NCBI GenBank assembly: GCA_046538485.1
Contig: JBKHIT010000001.1
Location: 64,001 to 128,000, forward strand
Length of the DNA stretch: 64,000 nt
DNA from: Candidatus Brocadiia bacterium
GTDB taxonomy: Bacteria; Planctomycetota; Brocadiia; SM23-32
Direction of reading: 5' to 3'
The notes below the pieces were generated by a model, which ran no database searches, was not told where the DNA came from, and saw nothing but the letters and a program-made list of their open reading frames with translations. The first letter of the stretch is position 1; the number at the start of each line of letters is the position of its first letter. Shown here one piece after another: positions 1-10,569 of this stretch. The position numbers were made by a program, and so were the translations under genes.

Positions 1-1
1 C

Positions 2-448
2 ATCGCGCAAAAAGATTACCAAGAGGCTTCACCAAAGATCCTCAGTTTGCTGAAAAACAGCCCCAACGAGGATGTCCGGCACAACGCTTTAAGAGCCATT
101 GCCCAGCTTCAGAATCCCGGTAAAGCGCTGGCAAACTTAAAAGCCACTTACGAAAATGATCCGAGCCCGGTCGTCCGGGAAGGAGCTCTCCGATCCGTAA
201 CTCTTCTGGAACCACCCATTCCCGAATCCGGTGCCCTGCTGATCGAAGGGCTAAGGAACACAGACAAAAAAGTCCGTGCTGCAGCCGCCGCTCTACTGCG
301 CAGAGGGTTTGGTCAGCATTTCGAATACCAGGCGGATGCCACTATAGGAGAACGAGAGCGAGCCATCGAACGCTGGCAAAAGTGGTATGGAAAACATAAA
401 AACAACCTTAAATGGAACGAAAAGGAGCGCGTGTTCGTCCAAACATGA
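2..448 (+). CDS. HEAT-repeat protein, C-terminal part (5' end outside window)
   Basis: Frame open from the window edge; HEAT-like units (DVRHNALRAIAQL, DPSPVVREGALRSV, DKKVRAAAAALL). Confidence 0.75.
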   Translation: MAQKDYQEASPKILSLLKNSPNEDVRHNALRAIAQLQNPGKALANLKATYENDPSPVVREGALRSVTLLEPPIPESGALLIEGLRNTDKKVRAAAAALLRRGFGQHFEYQADATIGERERAIERWQKWYGKHKNNLKWNEKERVFVQT

Positions 449-990
449 AGATATGGGATTTCATCACAGGCTGTCTGCGAAAACAGCGCGCCGATGAATC
501 ACGCTCGGAAGAAGATCAGAAGCTCCGGGTGCGAAAATATCAACGTGCGGACCGGCAGGCGGTCCTTCATATCGCCGAATCCACCTTCGAAGGGGTCTGT
601 CTCGATCAGAATATTGAAAAAGCTTTCGGGGAGGTCGGCCAAGCCTGGCAAGAACATAAAAAAGATGGCGTCGATTACGATCTTTCAAAAAATGCCGAAA
701 ACGCCTTTGTTGCGGTCAAAGGGAACGAAGTCGTGGGATTCGTCTGCAATCGCCTCTACCACAATCGTTCGCTGGGGCACGTAGCAAACCTCGCCGTAAA
801 AGAGGAATCCCAGGGCGAAGGGATTGGAAAAGCCCTCATGAAAGCCTCCCTGAACCACTTTCGCCAAATGGGAATGCAGTACGTCCGAATCGAAACTCTC
901 GTCCAAAATGAAAAAGGCCAGCATTTCTACCCCGGGCTGGGGTTCAAAGAAATCGGACGTCAGATCTTCTATTTCAAAAAACTCGATTAA
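445..990 (+). CDS. GNAT family N-acetyltransferase
   Basis: Motif A LAVKEESQGEGIGKALM and NEKGQHFYPGLGF; ATG at 445 overlaps the upstream stop (ATGA). Confidence 0.9.
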   Translation: MKIWDFITGCLRKQRADESRSEEDQKLRVRKYQRADRQAVLHIAESTFEGVCLDQNIEKAFGEVGQAWQEHKKDGVDYDLSKNAENAFVAVKGNEVVGFVCNRLYHNRSLGHVANLAVKEESQGEGIGKALMKASLNHFRQMGMQYVRIETLVQNEKGQHFYPGLGFKEIGRQIFYFKKLD

Positions 991-993
991 GCC

Positions 994-1974
994 ATGAAAG
1001 CGGACAAGCGGTCGATTCGTATCATTATCGTTATCAGCGCTTTTTTGGTCCCTCTCCTATTTGCTGAGAACACGAGCAAAACGAGGGAACCCACCGTCGC
1101 CGGAACTTTTTATCCGGCCCGCCCCAAAAAACTGCGCGAAGAAGTGCGCAACCTGCTGGATCAAAGCATCAAAAAATATCACAGGCGTGATATTGATAAA
1201 GGTCCTTGCGGCCTCATCGTTCCGCATGCCGGCTACCGCTTCAGTGGGAGAACGGCCGCCGGTGCTTTCTCGCTGCTCGAAAGACACCGAAAACCGTCAC
1301 GGATTCTCCTGATCGGCCCATCCCATCACTTCCATATGGATGGGCTCATCAGCGTCGCCCCATACTCGCATTACAAAACTCCCCTCGGAAAACTTCGGGT
1401 CGATGAGAAAGCCCGAAACGCGCTTTTGAAATCGAAGATGGTCGTGAGCCGTGCCACCGTACATGCCCGGGAACATAGCCTGGAAGTGGAACTCCCGTTT
1501 ATCCAGCTCCTCTGGAATAACCCCCCCCCAATCCTACCGATTATCGTCGGCACACTCAAAGAAAAAGAGATCAAATCACTCGCAAAATTGTTTAACAAAG
1601 TTATCGACGATAAGACGCTGATCGTCGCCAGTAGCGACTTCACGCACTATGGCAAACGTTTCGGCTTCGCTCCCTATGAAAACTCGTCTGGGAAAGACCT
1701 CGCGAAAAAAATTGAAGCACTCGACCGCGGCGCCATTCAATATATTGAAAAACTGCACTCCGCGGGCTTCCTGCAATATTGCCATAAAACCGGTGCCACA
1801 ATCTGCGGCCGAATGGCCATCGCTCTACAGCTTGCTATCCTCCATAAGCAAAATCGCAATATCAAACACCTCTCTCTGGAATATACGAGCTCAGCGGCCG
1901 TGTTGGGCAATCAAAGCAATTCTGTCAGCTACTACGCCCACGCCTTTATCCCCTGCAAATCAGAAACCAGGTAA
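994..1974 (+). CDS. amrB: AmmeMemoRadiSam system protein B (MEMO1 family) with N-terminal hydrophobic segment
   Basis: REPTVAGTFYP, IVPHAGYRFSG, GPSHH, EHSLEVELPF, ASSDFTHYG and TICG motifs. Confidence 0.9.
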   Translation: MKADKRSIRIIIVISAFLVPLLFAENTSKTREPTVAGTFYPARPKKLREEVRNLLDQSIKKYHRRDIDKGPCGLIVPHAGYRFSGRTAAGAFSLLERHRKPSRILLIGPSHHFHMDGLISVAPYSHYKTPLGKLRVDEKARNALLKSKMVVSRATVHAREHSLEVELPFIQLLWNNPPPILPIIVGTLKEKEIKSLAKLFNKVIDDKTLIVASSDFTHYGKRFGFAPYENSSGKDLAKKIEALDRGAIQYIEKLHSAGFLQYCHKTGATICGRMAIALQLAILHKQNRNIKHLSLEYTSSAAVLGNQSNSVSYYAHAFIPCKSETR

Positions 1975-2080
1975 GTATTCCCTTGCCGGGTTGCAGCAAT
2001 ACCGTGTATTCTGAAATTGACTGGAGGCCATCGTTCCAGAGCCGTCTGATACGGTCGGCTACACAAGAAAAGAGGAAAAA

Positions 2081-3181
2081 ATGGCGCAAAACTCAGAAAG
2101 TGCACTCTCAAGACGTTCGTTTCTCAAAAAAGCCATTGCCGGAGCTGGAGCCGCCGCTCTGCCCACAATCATTGTCCCCGGCAAGGTACACGCCTTCCAG
2201 AAAGGCCAACGCATCCATCCCAACATCTCACCCCTCAGGGTCGTTGGGCTCAAAGACGACGAAATGACCACCGATCGGAGGCTGAGAGTCGGCTGGGACA
2301 AACAGGAAGAAGTCGTCAACACTCGCCGGGTTGTCACGAACATCGACCGCCTCGCCACCGCCCTTGCCGGCGAAAGAGACGTCCGCAAAGCCTGGCAGGC
2401 CATATTCGTCAAACCCCCGGGGAAATCCTGGAACGAAGTCATCGTCGCTATCAAAACCAACAACATCGCCCAGCAACACACCCGTAGCGCCGTCATGGCC
2501 AAAATCTGCCACGTCCTGACCGATGTCCTCGGCGTCAAAGGCCAGCACATCCACATTTACGACGCCAAACACGGTGGCAGTATCTCGCGTGGAACGCCTT
2601 TCAAAGGTCTCCCCGACGGGGTTGAGATCAAGAACACCTGGGGTGGCATGCGCAGCCGGGCACCGGTGCCCGCTCCCTGGAAATCCGGCTCGGAATCTTC
2701 TCAATGCGTGACAGCTCTGGCCGAAGGCAAAGCCGACATCTTGATCGATATCGCAATGTGCAAAGGGCACGGAGGACGTTTCGGAGGATTCACCATGTGC
2801 TGCAAAAACCATTTCGGCAGTTTCTCCCCGCGCCCCGGGCATGCCGGAGACGGCACCGATTACCTTCTGTCAATCAACAAATCGGAGGCTATCCTCGGGA
2901 AGCAGGACGCCAGAGGGCGCGTCGAGTTCCCCCGCCAGCAGCTTTGTATCGTGGATGCGCTATGGGCGAGTCGCCCGGGACCGAGCGGTCATCCCACCGC
3001 GCAGCCCAATGCTCTTTTCATGGGTGTGTGCGGACCGGTCGTCGACTACCAGGCCGCCACGAAATTCCGCAAGGAAACAATGGGATGGCCGGTGAACCAG
3101 ACCGTAGCAGACCGTTTCCTGTCCGATTTCGGTTTCACGCCCGACAAACTCCCCTCCGGCGGCAAAATCATAACGCCGTGA
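2081..3181 (+). CDS. Tat-exported DUF362-like protein
   Basis: SRRSFLK twin-arginine signal; VAIKTNN, CKGH..FTMCCKNHFGS and GPVVDY motifs typical of DUF362. Confidence 0.7.
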   Translation: MAQNSESALSRRSFLKKAIAGAGAAALPTIIVPGKVHAFQKGQRIHPNISPLRVVGLKDDEMTTDRRLRVGWDKQEEVVNTRRVVTNIDRLATALAGERDVRKAWQAIFVKPPGKSWNEVIVAIKTNNIAQQHTRSAVMAKICHVLTDVLGVKGQHIHIYDAKHGGSISRGTPFKGLPDGVEIKNTWGGMRSRAPVPAPWKSGSESSQCVTALAEGKADILIDIAMCKGHGGRFGGFTMCCKNHFGSFSPRPGHAGDGTDYLLSINKSEAILGKQDARGRVEFPRQQLCIVDALWASRPGPSGHPTAQPNALFMGVCGPVVDYQAATKFRKETMGWPVNQTVADRFLSDFGFTPDKLPSGGKIITP

Positions 3182-3206
3182 CGACCGACACGCGTCGGAG
3201 TCGTCC
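3180..3206. repeat. Hairpin right after the DUF362 stop; possible terminator or REP
   Basis: gacgac-cgac acgc gtcg-ga-gtcgtc inverted repeat. Confidence 0.35.
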
Positions 3207-3595
3207 GGCAACGCGCCGCTGCGAAGAGCTGACTTACTCCAGGACACGTCCGGGTTCCGTGTCCCATTCCGTCCTGTTCTGGCCATAATTCATGTCCATC
3301 GGTATTGATCTGTGGTTGGACATGCTGTTGGTTTTCACCGTTCTCCGAGTTCGTGTTCATTCATGGTCACCCGCCGTTTTGCCCGCCCCAATCTTCTTTG
3401 TCGCTGATGTTCGTCTGATTCCAATCGCGCTCAGCACAAGCAAAATTATGCGCCGGTCGTGTGGCGGGACCGACTGCAAGCCCCATATACAGGGGTTATG
3501 TTGTCACATACCATTCCTCATTATGCCTTTGCTATGGCCCACGCCCATTATCCGTCCGGACCAAACTGTTAAAATCGGCGCTTGTGTTAAACCTG

Positions 3596-6500
3596 TCATT
3601 CTCCAACAACTTCAATAATGGCGTTCACGGCTTTTAGAGCAGTGTCCCCGGAACCAGCGATATAAAGCTTCGACCGCAGAAGAGGATAATCAGGATTCAC
3701 TTTCCGCAGCTTGTAGTGGCGCTTCCACCGGAAATGAACCTGCTCGCCTTTTGCATTTATTAACGCGTGCCGACGCGACATCGAGACCACTGCTCTCTCG
3801 GATCCCGGCCATTCGTATGAACTTGTGAACGGGACATGCGCCCCATATGGACGCTGGTACGTACCATATCTCCAGGGCCACATTGACTCGTAGAGGGCTA
3901 TGTCATTGTTGTCCCATTCGTGACCGATGAGGATGACAGGACCGGCATAATCCGCGACATGAAATCGGTCCCCGGGTTTATCAAAGTCTTCAATTTTTGC
4001 AGCTTGCTGGACGATCCTGGCTGCAATGCCATACCGGTTTCGCAGGAAATCCGCCAGTTTCCTGGCCGCCGGGCGGTTTGCGAGTTCCCCAAAACTGATA
4101 AGCACAGTTTCCTTCTGTCCCACCTTCCGCCGGTGGCCGGGGTGTCTTTTCTGGCTGGCCTCCCGGACCGATTCAACCGGTTTGCCAAGCTTTTTAAACC
4201 AGGGTTCTATTCGGCGAGGCGTTAGAATCGAAACCCGATCAGGTCGATTACCACCCGCCAGTTCATCGGCGCGGTCGATTACCTCTTTTTTGGTGCGCCC
4301 CGGAAATGGGTCGGGACCAAACAGTTGGATATCCGGGCTCACGCTCACAGCCAACATCATTATGTACCCCGGGGGAAGCTCCACATCGAAATACACCCCA
4401 TTCTTATCGCGATAGAAGCCGACCGGCACATTTCTTTCAACGTCCCAGATAGCCTGGATTTTTGGATTATTTATCCGGCATCGGTACCGATGTTCGCTGA
4501 GATAAAGATTGATAGAAGCCCGGTAGGTACTGTAGTGCACATCCCGGGTGGAAATGCCGAGATACCTCGTCTCCAGACCCTCCCGATATCGGGGAAAGAA
4601 CCGGAGTGCAATGTCGGGGGTTTCGTGCTCGATTTTCATTTCGTGTGCCCCGCCGCGGGGATCGCCGACCGAGGTAATGTAGAAGTATTCTCCGGGTGAG
4701 AGATCAAATCCTTTGGGAGTCGAGAGGCTGGGATTCCAGGCTTCGCGATTATCGGGCTTCCAGCGGGCCACCTCGGCATAGTCGACGCCGAATTCCGGCT
4801 TAACCCCGAGCCTGTCAACGATAAACGAACGGAGCCATTTTACCCGGCTGACAATTTGAGGCTCACGTGCATAAAGCAGGTAGGTGCGCTGGAAACCGAT
4901 GCTCGTGCGGTCACATTTAACCGCTTCCCGACCGAAGGGATATCCGAGAGTCACGGCTTTCCCCTCACCAAATTCGTTGACGGTAATGGCCGGTTTCCCA
5001 CCTTCGTATCGGGCCAGCACCTCCGCAGTTTGGACCTTGAGGGTCTGGAAATGCGGTTGTCTGTCGGTTTTCTTTTTAAAACCGCCGGAGAAAAAACCTC
5101 GGGGAATGGTAACTCCCAGAGGGGTATCTTTAACTTTCTCTGTAACGCTGCCGTCCACTCGCACACCCAGCACATCAGCCAGCCAGGCCTTGCGCATTTT
5201 CCGTCCGTATGGATTGTGTTTCCCGGGCATAGGCGAAGCTATCAACGTCCCCCCGTTTTGAACCCACTGGCGGATACAGCGGGCCATTTTTTCATCCATC
5301 GCCCGGACATCCGGCAGAATGAGCAGCTCCAGTTCGATTTCCGCCAGTCCTCCTTCACGAATGAAGCGTTCATCAATGCGAGTGTACGGCAATTTTGCCG
5401 CCTGCAGAAACCAGTCCCACCCCATGAAGCTGTAATAAATTGTTCCGCTGAACAGATCGTAGGTATGGCGCGGCAAAACCATCCCGATACGCTGCGGTAT
5501 CGGAGCAGTGTTAGCGACCGTTGGTCCCAGCCTGTAGACACGACGGTTGGTGAGCCAGTGATTGGTGATTGAATGCCAGGCGAGCTGATGGTCGAGGTAG
5601 CCATGAGCCACCCAGTCGTAGAAATACCGGGCCAGGTTGCCGGGATTGCGGAAATTAATCCACAGATAATCCCGATACAGACTCTCGATAGAGTCGCTGG
5701 GACGGGAACCAAACCCAACAGGACCGACGCTGCGGATCATAAAAGGGTTTCGCTCGTTGCTCGGCCCTGTGCTGGTAAACTGGGCCTGGTCTTCCGCGTA
5801 GAACCCTCCCCACTTCTTTTCGCTCCGACCGGCAATCATATCGTGATCGCCGAACTGCCACTGCTCAAAAATGATCAGTTTATCGGGAAAAGCCTCCGCA
5901 ACCAGCTTCCGTTTGATCTTCATGTAGTCTTTAATCCATTGCCGGCGGAAATTGAGATAATCGATTTTCACATGTTTCGGATACTGCAGAGGTAATTGCC
6001 ATCGGTGCCCATCCCGGTAGGTTTTCCCCAGTGCTTCCTTTATTTTTTGATCTGAACCATATTTCCTGCGGAGGAATTTGCCCCACCGGTGGGCTCTTTG
6101 CCGTTTATGTTTCTTTTTGAACTCTTGCCAGGTGGGTCTGGCAGCCTCCGGAACCTTCCGGCGAGGAATTGGCACCTCCTGAAAGGAACCATAGTTCGCA
6201 TTTGTTGGTTTGTTGAAAGCCTGGATGCTTTCATACTGCTGTTGGAGAAAATTTACCCACCGCCGCCGCGTCCTTTTCCCGTAATCAACAACTTCGGGAA
6301 GCGCCGCCCAGTCTCCTCGCTCGAGGTGAACCGCCGCGATTGTCTCATAAAATCCGGTAGCCTTCAGGTGTTTCGCGAGAGCCTGGAGATAATCACCGTA
6401 GGCTTCTGCGATTTCCGGATTGAAAAGCTGCACCCCTCCCCAGACCTTTAGATTGTCGCCGTTTCCACAGGCACAAAGGGTCGCATCGGGATCATCAGCA

Positions 6501-7483
6501 AGATGGGAGGGAACAGGGGCTCCGTATCGCTGCCAGATCCAGGTTCCACGTCTGAGCCGCTCATCAACCCTTTCCTTCCGTTCCTGATCCGTCAGGATTT
6601 TGTGTAACGTAGGAAGTTCCAGCAACAGCTTACAATTCCGCTTTTTGAGAAGCGTTACTCGCTCGTCAAAACCAGACCATTCGTACCGACGAGGCCCCTT
6701 GCAATTGAAACCCCAGGCGCCAATTGCTTTTTCGGGGGTGAAGAAATAGTTTCCCGCACTGCGGAATTTCGTGGCCATATAGCCGGGTTTGAGGGACAAA
6801 TTCTCGAGCCACCAACTCGCGGCCGATTGGGGATGGGGCTTAAGCGGAATGCGGATGCCCGTTTTCGGCCCGGCCCGCCGCCACGATTCCCGAAAATTGT
6901 TTGCCCACTGTTTGCCCGGTATTTCATGAGCTGAGATGCCGCGCTTTTCCGCCTCATCTTGCAATCTGATCGCAAAATCTTCGCGCAAAACACCGGTTTC
7001 CGACGCATATCGTACAATTCGCCGTCCAGCCAGAGCCAGCTCATTACGCCAGAATCCCACCTGTTCTTCCAGATTCGTATCGCCCCGTGCATCTCGTGCC
7101 AGACGCAGACTTTGAATTCCCCCGTCAATGCTTTTCAATAACTCATATAGTTGAATACCACGCTCGATCGCCCGGTTTGCTTTTGCCAGGGCAGCCTCCC
7201 CCTGTTTTTCCCCCACCCACGGCATCAGGTAATGAGCGCAACTGCGGCATGCCAGAGCATCGTCCCAACTGGCTCCGAGGGCCATCCGAACCGACTCGCA
7301 GTCTTCCGACAGAGCAGTCACCTCCAGATTGTGATTTCCCGGTAAAACATCGGCCGGAACGCTTTCCTCCCGGACAAAACGTTCCCCGCCTCTGGCTGTC
7401 AGAGTCAGGGCAGCAAAAAGCAATGCGAGCAAAAACCGCTTCGTCCCAATCGAGCATTTTCTACACTGCGTGTCCATAGCCAT
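3596..7483 (-). CDS. Large secreted GH42-like/beta-galactosidase trimerisation-domain protein
   Basis: Signal peptide (FLLALLFAALTLTARG); WVNFLQQQYESIQAFN, DYLNFRRQW and LLILPD..IRQWVQNGGTLIA trimerisation-domain pattern; start uncertain (7477-7495). Confidence 0.6.
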   Translation of the reverse strand: MAMDTQCRKCSIGTKRFLLALLFAALTLTARGGERFVREESVPADVLPGNHNLEVTALSEDCESVRMALGASWDDALACRSCAHYLMPWVGEKQGEAALAKANRAIERGIQLYELLKSIDGGIQSLRLARDARGDTNLEEQVGFWRNELALAGRRIVRYASETGVLREDFAIRLQDEAEKRGISAHEIPGKQWANNFRESWRRAGPKTGIRIPLKPHPQSAASWWLENLSLKPGYMATKFRSAGNYFFTPEKAIGAWGFNCKGPRRYEWSGFDERVTLLKKRNCKLLLELPTLHKILTDQERKERVDERLRRGTWIWQRYGAPVPSHLADDPDATLCACGNGDNLKVWGGVQLFNPEIAEAYGDYLQALAKHLKATGFYETIAAVHLERGDWAALPEVVDYGKRTRRRWVNFLQQQYESIQAFNKPTNANYGSFQEVPIPRRKVPEAARPTWQEFKKKHKRQRAHRWGKFLRRKYGSDQKIKEALGKTYRDGHRWQLPLQYPKHVKIDYLNFRRQWIKDYMKIKRKLVAEAFPDKLIIFEQWQFGDHDMIAGRSEKKWGGFYAEDQAQFTSTGPSNERNPFMIRSVGPVGFGSRPSDSIESLYRDYLWINFRNPGNLARYFYDWVAHGYLDHQLAWHSITNHWLTNRRVYRLGPTVANTAPIPQRIGMVLPRHTYDLFSGTIYYSFMGWDWFLQAAKLPYTRIDERFIREGGLAEIELELLILPDVRAMDEKMARCIRQWVQNGGTLIASPMPGKHNPYGRKMRKAWLADVLGVRVDGSVTEKVKDTPLGVTIPRGFFSGGFKKKTDRQPHFQTLKVQTAEVLARYEGGKPAITVNEFGEGKAVTLGYPFGREAVKCDRTSIGFQRTYLLYAREPQIVSRVKWLRSFIVDRLGVKPEFGVDYAEVARWKPDNREAWNPSLSTPKGFDLSPGEYFYITSVGDPRGGAHEMKIEHETPDIALRFFPRYREGLETRYLGISTRDVHYSTYRASINLYLSEHRYRCRINNPKIQAIWDVERNVPVGFYRDKNGVYFDVELPPGYIMMLAVSVSPDIQLFGPDPFPGRTKKEVIDRADELAGGNRPDRVSILTPRRIEPWFKKLGKPVESVREASQKRHPGHRRKVGQKETVLISFGELANRPAARKLADFLRNRYGIAARIVQQAAKIEDFDKPGDRFHVADYAGPVILIGHEWDNNDIALYESMWPWRYGTYQRPYGAHVPFTSSYEWPGSERAVVSMSRRHALINAKGEQVHFRWKRHYKLRKVNPDYPLLRSKLYIAGSGDTALKAVNAIIEVVGE

Positions 7484-7616
7484 ATCCTTTCCCAAAAACC
7501 GTCAAAACATAGGCGGCCCTGGCCATTGTCCCTTCCACTCCGAGGTTGAAAATAATCCAGGGGATGTATGGCTCAGAAAACTGCTTTTCCTGAAAGTCTC
7601 ATTTCAAAACTGTCGC

Positions 7617-9356
7617 CTATTCCACTGAAAATCTCAGCCATGTCACATCATCATAAACCGTAAACCTCAGTGTCGAAGATTTTTCTTCTCGGTTTTTCAC
7701 CTTTTTGACTATCCGCAAGCCATTATAGGGCCTGAGTATTTCCACTGGACCCAAGATTTTTCTATCAATTTTGAGAGTCATCACCAGCGGTTTCATCCGC
7801 TCTGCGATATTAGGCGTGCAGATATAAGCGGCAACGGCATAACTGTTCCTGTCAAGCTGGAAGGGCAACAACGCCACCTGATCCTGAGCACGCATCGGGC
7901 CTGTCTGTCCGGTGCGAGGTATCAATACCGGATCGGGTTCCACCGAATATTCGAAGTGGAGCGGGGTGATACGCTCAAGAGGGATGGCCCCTTCGAGCCC
8001 GTCTATAAACCTTTTCATAGTCCGCAGTGGGGGGGCATCCTGCCATCGGAACCTTTTTGGATCCATCAAACCAGGTGCCAGCGAATGCATCATTTCTCCA
8101 TGGCTGCCACGTTGCCCCTCGTAGAAAGAATGCAGCAGAACAAACTCCGCCCCCTGGTTCATCCAGAAAGCAAGGATGCGGGTGAGGGACCTTTGTTTGA
8201 CTTCCCACCCGGAGAATGGGCTCTTCTCAAATTCCGGGATCAGGCGGGGGACAGCTCCAATGGAATTGATTGCCACAGGCAACTTATTGTTCTTCAGAAA
8301 ATGGATGAGATTATCGTGCCGGGAAAAATCAGCCATCCAGCTTTCAGGACGGGCCAAAACCATCGTCGGAGGTTTTCCCTCCATGAATTCCAAATTCCGC
8401 ACAGGCCAAATATCTTTGACCCCTCTGGGGCGCTCATACTGAGTGTTGCTGAGCCATCCATGATTGGTTTTGCCGGTCCATATCCCATAGGTAGAAACGA
8501 CTCGCCCACTGATCTTGGGAAGTTGTTCCTCGGCAGGAATGTTAGAAAAATTATGGTGAATGTTTTCCAGGAGCCTCGGGCCCCTGTACCCATCCTGAAC
8601 CAGGTGTTGGACAATACGTTTTTCAAACTCATATACCCGCCCTCCTGGCCGCAAAGTTGCTAATGTGGCTCCTGGAGGTGGTTCAGTCACGGAAGGAACA
8701 CCCCACCACAAACCCATACTCACCCCCATATCATAGCTTTTTGGTTCAGTGAATCCGGCCTTGCGGGCTTCTTCCACAACGTATTTAAGCGCCAGATAAG
8801 CCTTATCGGCATAGGCATTGAATTCCGGCGAACCCACCTCTCCCACCGGCATCAGCTCTCCCTGACCCCACCATTTTTGCAATTGCCGCGTACCTGGTTT
8901 GCCAAAAGGGGGAATTCGAGGAACCCCCAGATAAGGGCGGATGCCCGCCGCGCGGGCTGCCCGCAACTTCTTACCCAACCGCTCTTGTTTTCCCGGTGCC
9001 GGTTCCTCCCAATCCGCAGTGATATAAATAGACCAGTGGGGAGCAAACTGCAAATGTCGCACCCCGACTTCATACAGCTGCTCCATAACTTTAAAATGCT
9101 CAGATTCCGTCCAATCCGGCACGTGCTTATAATATATACCCGGCTTCTGAAGAGCCTCATAAGCCGACACCGTTCGAGAATTGGAGCGCCACGGGGTGCG
9201 GTAAAGAGATGCTTTGCCTTCCGGGAGAGGTTCTAACTGACCTTCCTTTCGATATAGTTCCAGAGGCCTTTTCGACTCCCCAAAAACCTGCGCGGGAAAA
9301 ATAATAGTAATAGCAATCCAAAATGCGAAAAACACCAACTCTGAATAAAATCTCAT
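7617..9356 (-). CDS. Secreted hypothetical protein, possibly glycoside-hydrolase-like
   Basis: Long ORF with signal peptide, Trp/Tyr-rich; no family confidently recognised. Confidence 0.55.
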   Translation of the reverse strand: MRFYSELVFFAFWIAITIIFPAQVFGESKRPLELYRKEGQLEPLPEGKASLYRTPWRSNSRTVSAYEALQKPGIYYKHVPDWTESEHFKVMEQLYEVGVRHLQFAPHWSIYITADWEEPAPGKQERLGKKLRAARAAGIRPYLGVPRIPPFGKPGTRQLQKWWGQGELMPVGEVGSPEFNAYADKAYLALKYVVEEARKAGFTEPKSYDMGVSMGLWWGVPSVTEPPPGATLATLRPGGRVYEFEKRIVQHLVQDGYRGPRLLENIHHNFSNIPAEEQLPKISGRVVSTYGIWTGKTNHGWLSNTQYERPRGVKDIWPVRNLEFMEGKPPTMVLARPESWMADFSRHDNLIHFLKNNKLPVAINSIGAVPRLIPEFEKSPFSGWEVKQRSLTRILAFWMNQGAEFVLLHSFYEGQRGSHGEMMHSLAPGLMDPKRFRWQDAPPLRTMKRFIDGLEGAIPLERITPLHFEYSVEPDPVLIPRTGQTGPMRAQDQVALLPFQLDRNSYAVAAYICTPNIAERMKPLVMTLKIDRKILGPVEILRPYNGLRIVKKVKNREEKSSTLRFTVYDDVTWLRFSVE

Positions 9357-9955
9357 TTTCTTGCTCCTTCCCCCCAAGCACACACCAAGCATTCCGAGGA
9401 CAGTATATGGGTTTTTCAGCCTTCCTCTTTCTTCCGGGGTCGACCGGGCCTGCCGGGACGCAGTCGGCGGCCGGCCTGTTTCTCGAGTTTATCCACAAAT
9501 CCTTCCCTCCCCAAAGTGAGACCCGTACGGACGTGTATACGGCGCTTCTCCATCTGGGTCACATGGTGAGAAGTCCCGGTATGACAACTCGCGCTATTCC
9601 CCCTGCCCCTATTCTACGGCTTGCCCCCGCGCTGTCAAAAGAAAACCGACATACTGTCTCCGGAATGCCTCTCGGCAAGGCGAGTCTGCCGTTTGCTGTT
9701 TTCTGTTCTTGCATGTGGAATTGAAAAATAGGGAGCGTTGGTCGATCATACCCTGTATCTGTGGAGCTTCTCTGATACCTGGAACGCAGGGGTGTGTTCC
9801 TGGAGGTTCAATACTCTGAACTCTACGCCGTACGGCACAACTGAAAAACAGGCAATTCGGCCTTTACCATTTTTGAAAAATACGCCCGGATTGCGCAGGG
9901 ACATGGCCATGTTCTACGAAGTCATCCACAGGGCGGAAAATGCGCGAAAGCGACC

Positions 9956-10500
9956 GTGCGATGCTGCAGTGGAACGCCGAACGGGGCCGATCCCAGCCCC
10001 CTGGCCGCCTTCGAGATCGTCGGCAACGCGCGTACCTGTTTCAGTCCGGACGGACGTCATCTGATCACCGTCTCCTCCAGCCGGGGACGGGCCCAGCAGG
10101 GGCGCACTCCCAACGAAATCCATCTGTGGGATGTGAAAAAACGGGAGAAAATCGCCACTCTGCGGGGATACGACGCGGATGTCGTGCATCTGGCGTTTTC
10201 CCCGGACGGCGCCCAGCTGGCCAGCGGCGGCCGGGAGGGCAAGGTCAAGCTCCGGGACGTAAAAATGGGCACCGAAAAAGCCGCCCTCCACTCCTTCGGC
10301 CCGTGGATCATGGACGTGGCGTTCCGCGCCGACGGCCGGGTGCTCGTCACGGGGGATTATGACGGACGCATAAAATTATGGGACGTGAAGCAGGAAAAGG
10401 AACTGCTGACCCTGTGGGGCCATTCCTGGCCCCTGGCATTCGTCGGTTTCATCCCGGAGGGCAACCGGCTGGTCTCCGGCACGGACCCCGCGGTGAAAGT
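9956..10500 (+). pseudogene. WD40-repeat gene fragment, cut at 3' end
   Basis: Repeats FSPDG..IHLWD, LAFSPDGAQLASGGREGKVKLRD, LVTGDYDGRIKLWD; last repeat stops at VSGTDPAVKV where the nonamer hairpin starts; no credible start. Confidence 0.75.
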
Positions 10501-10565
10501 GGACCTTCTGGACAGCGTGGACCCACTGGACCGTCCAGACTGTCCAGACGGTCCACGATGTCCAC
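10499..10565. repeat. 9-bp-period inverted repeat array (4 x STGGAC, then 4 x GTCCAS)
   Basis: Units at 10499, 10508, 10517, 10526 and 10533, 10542, 10551, 10560. Confidence 0.9.
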
Positions 10566-10569
10566 TGTT

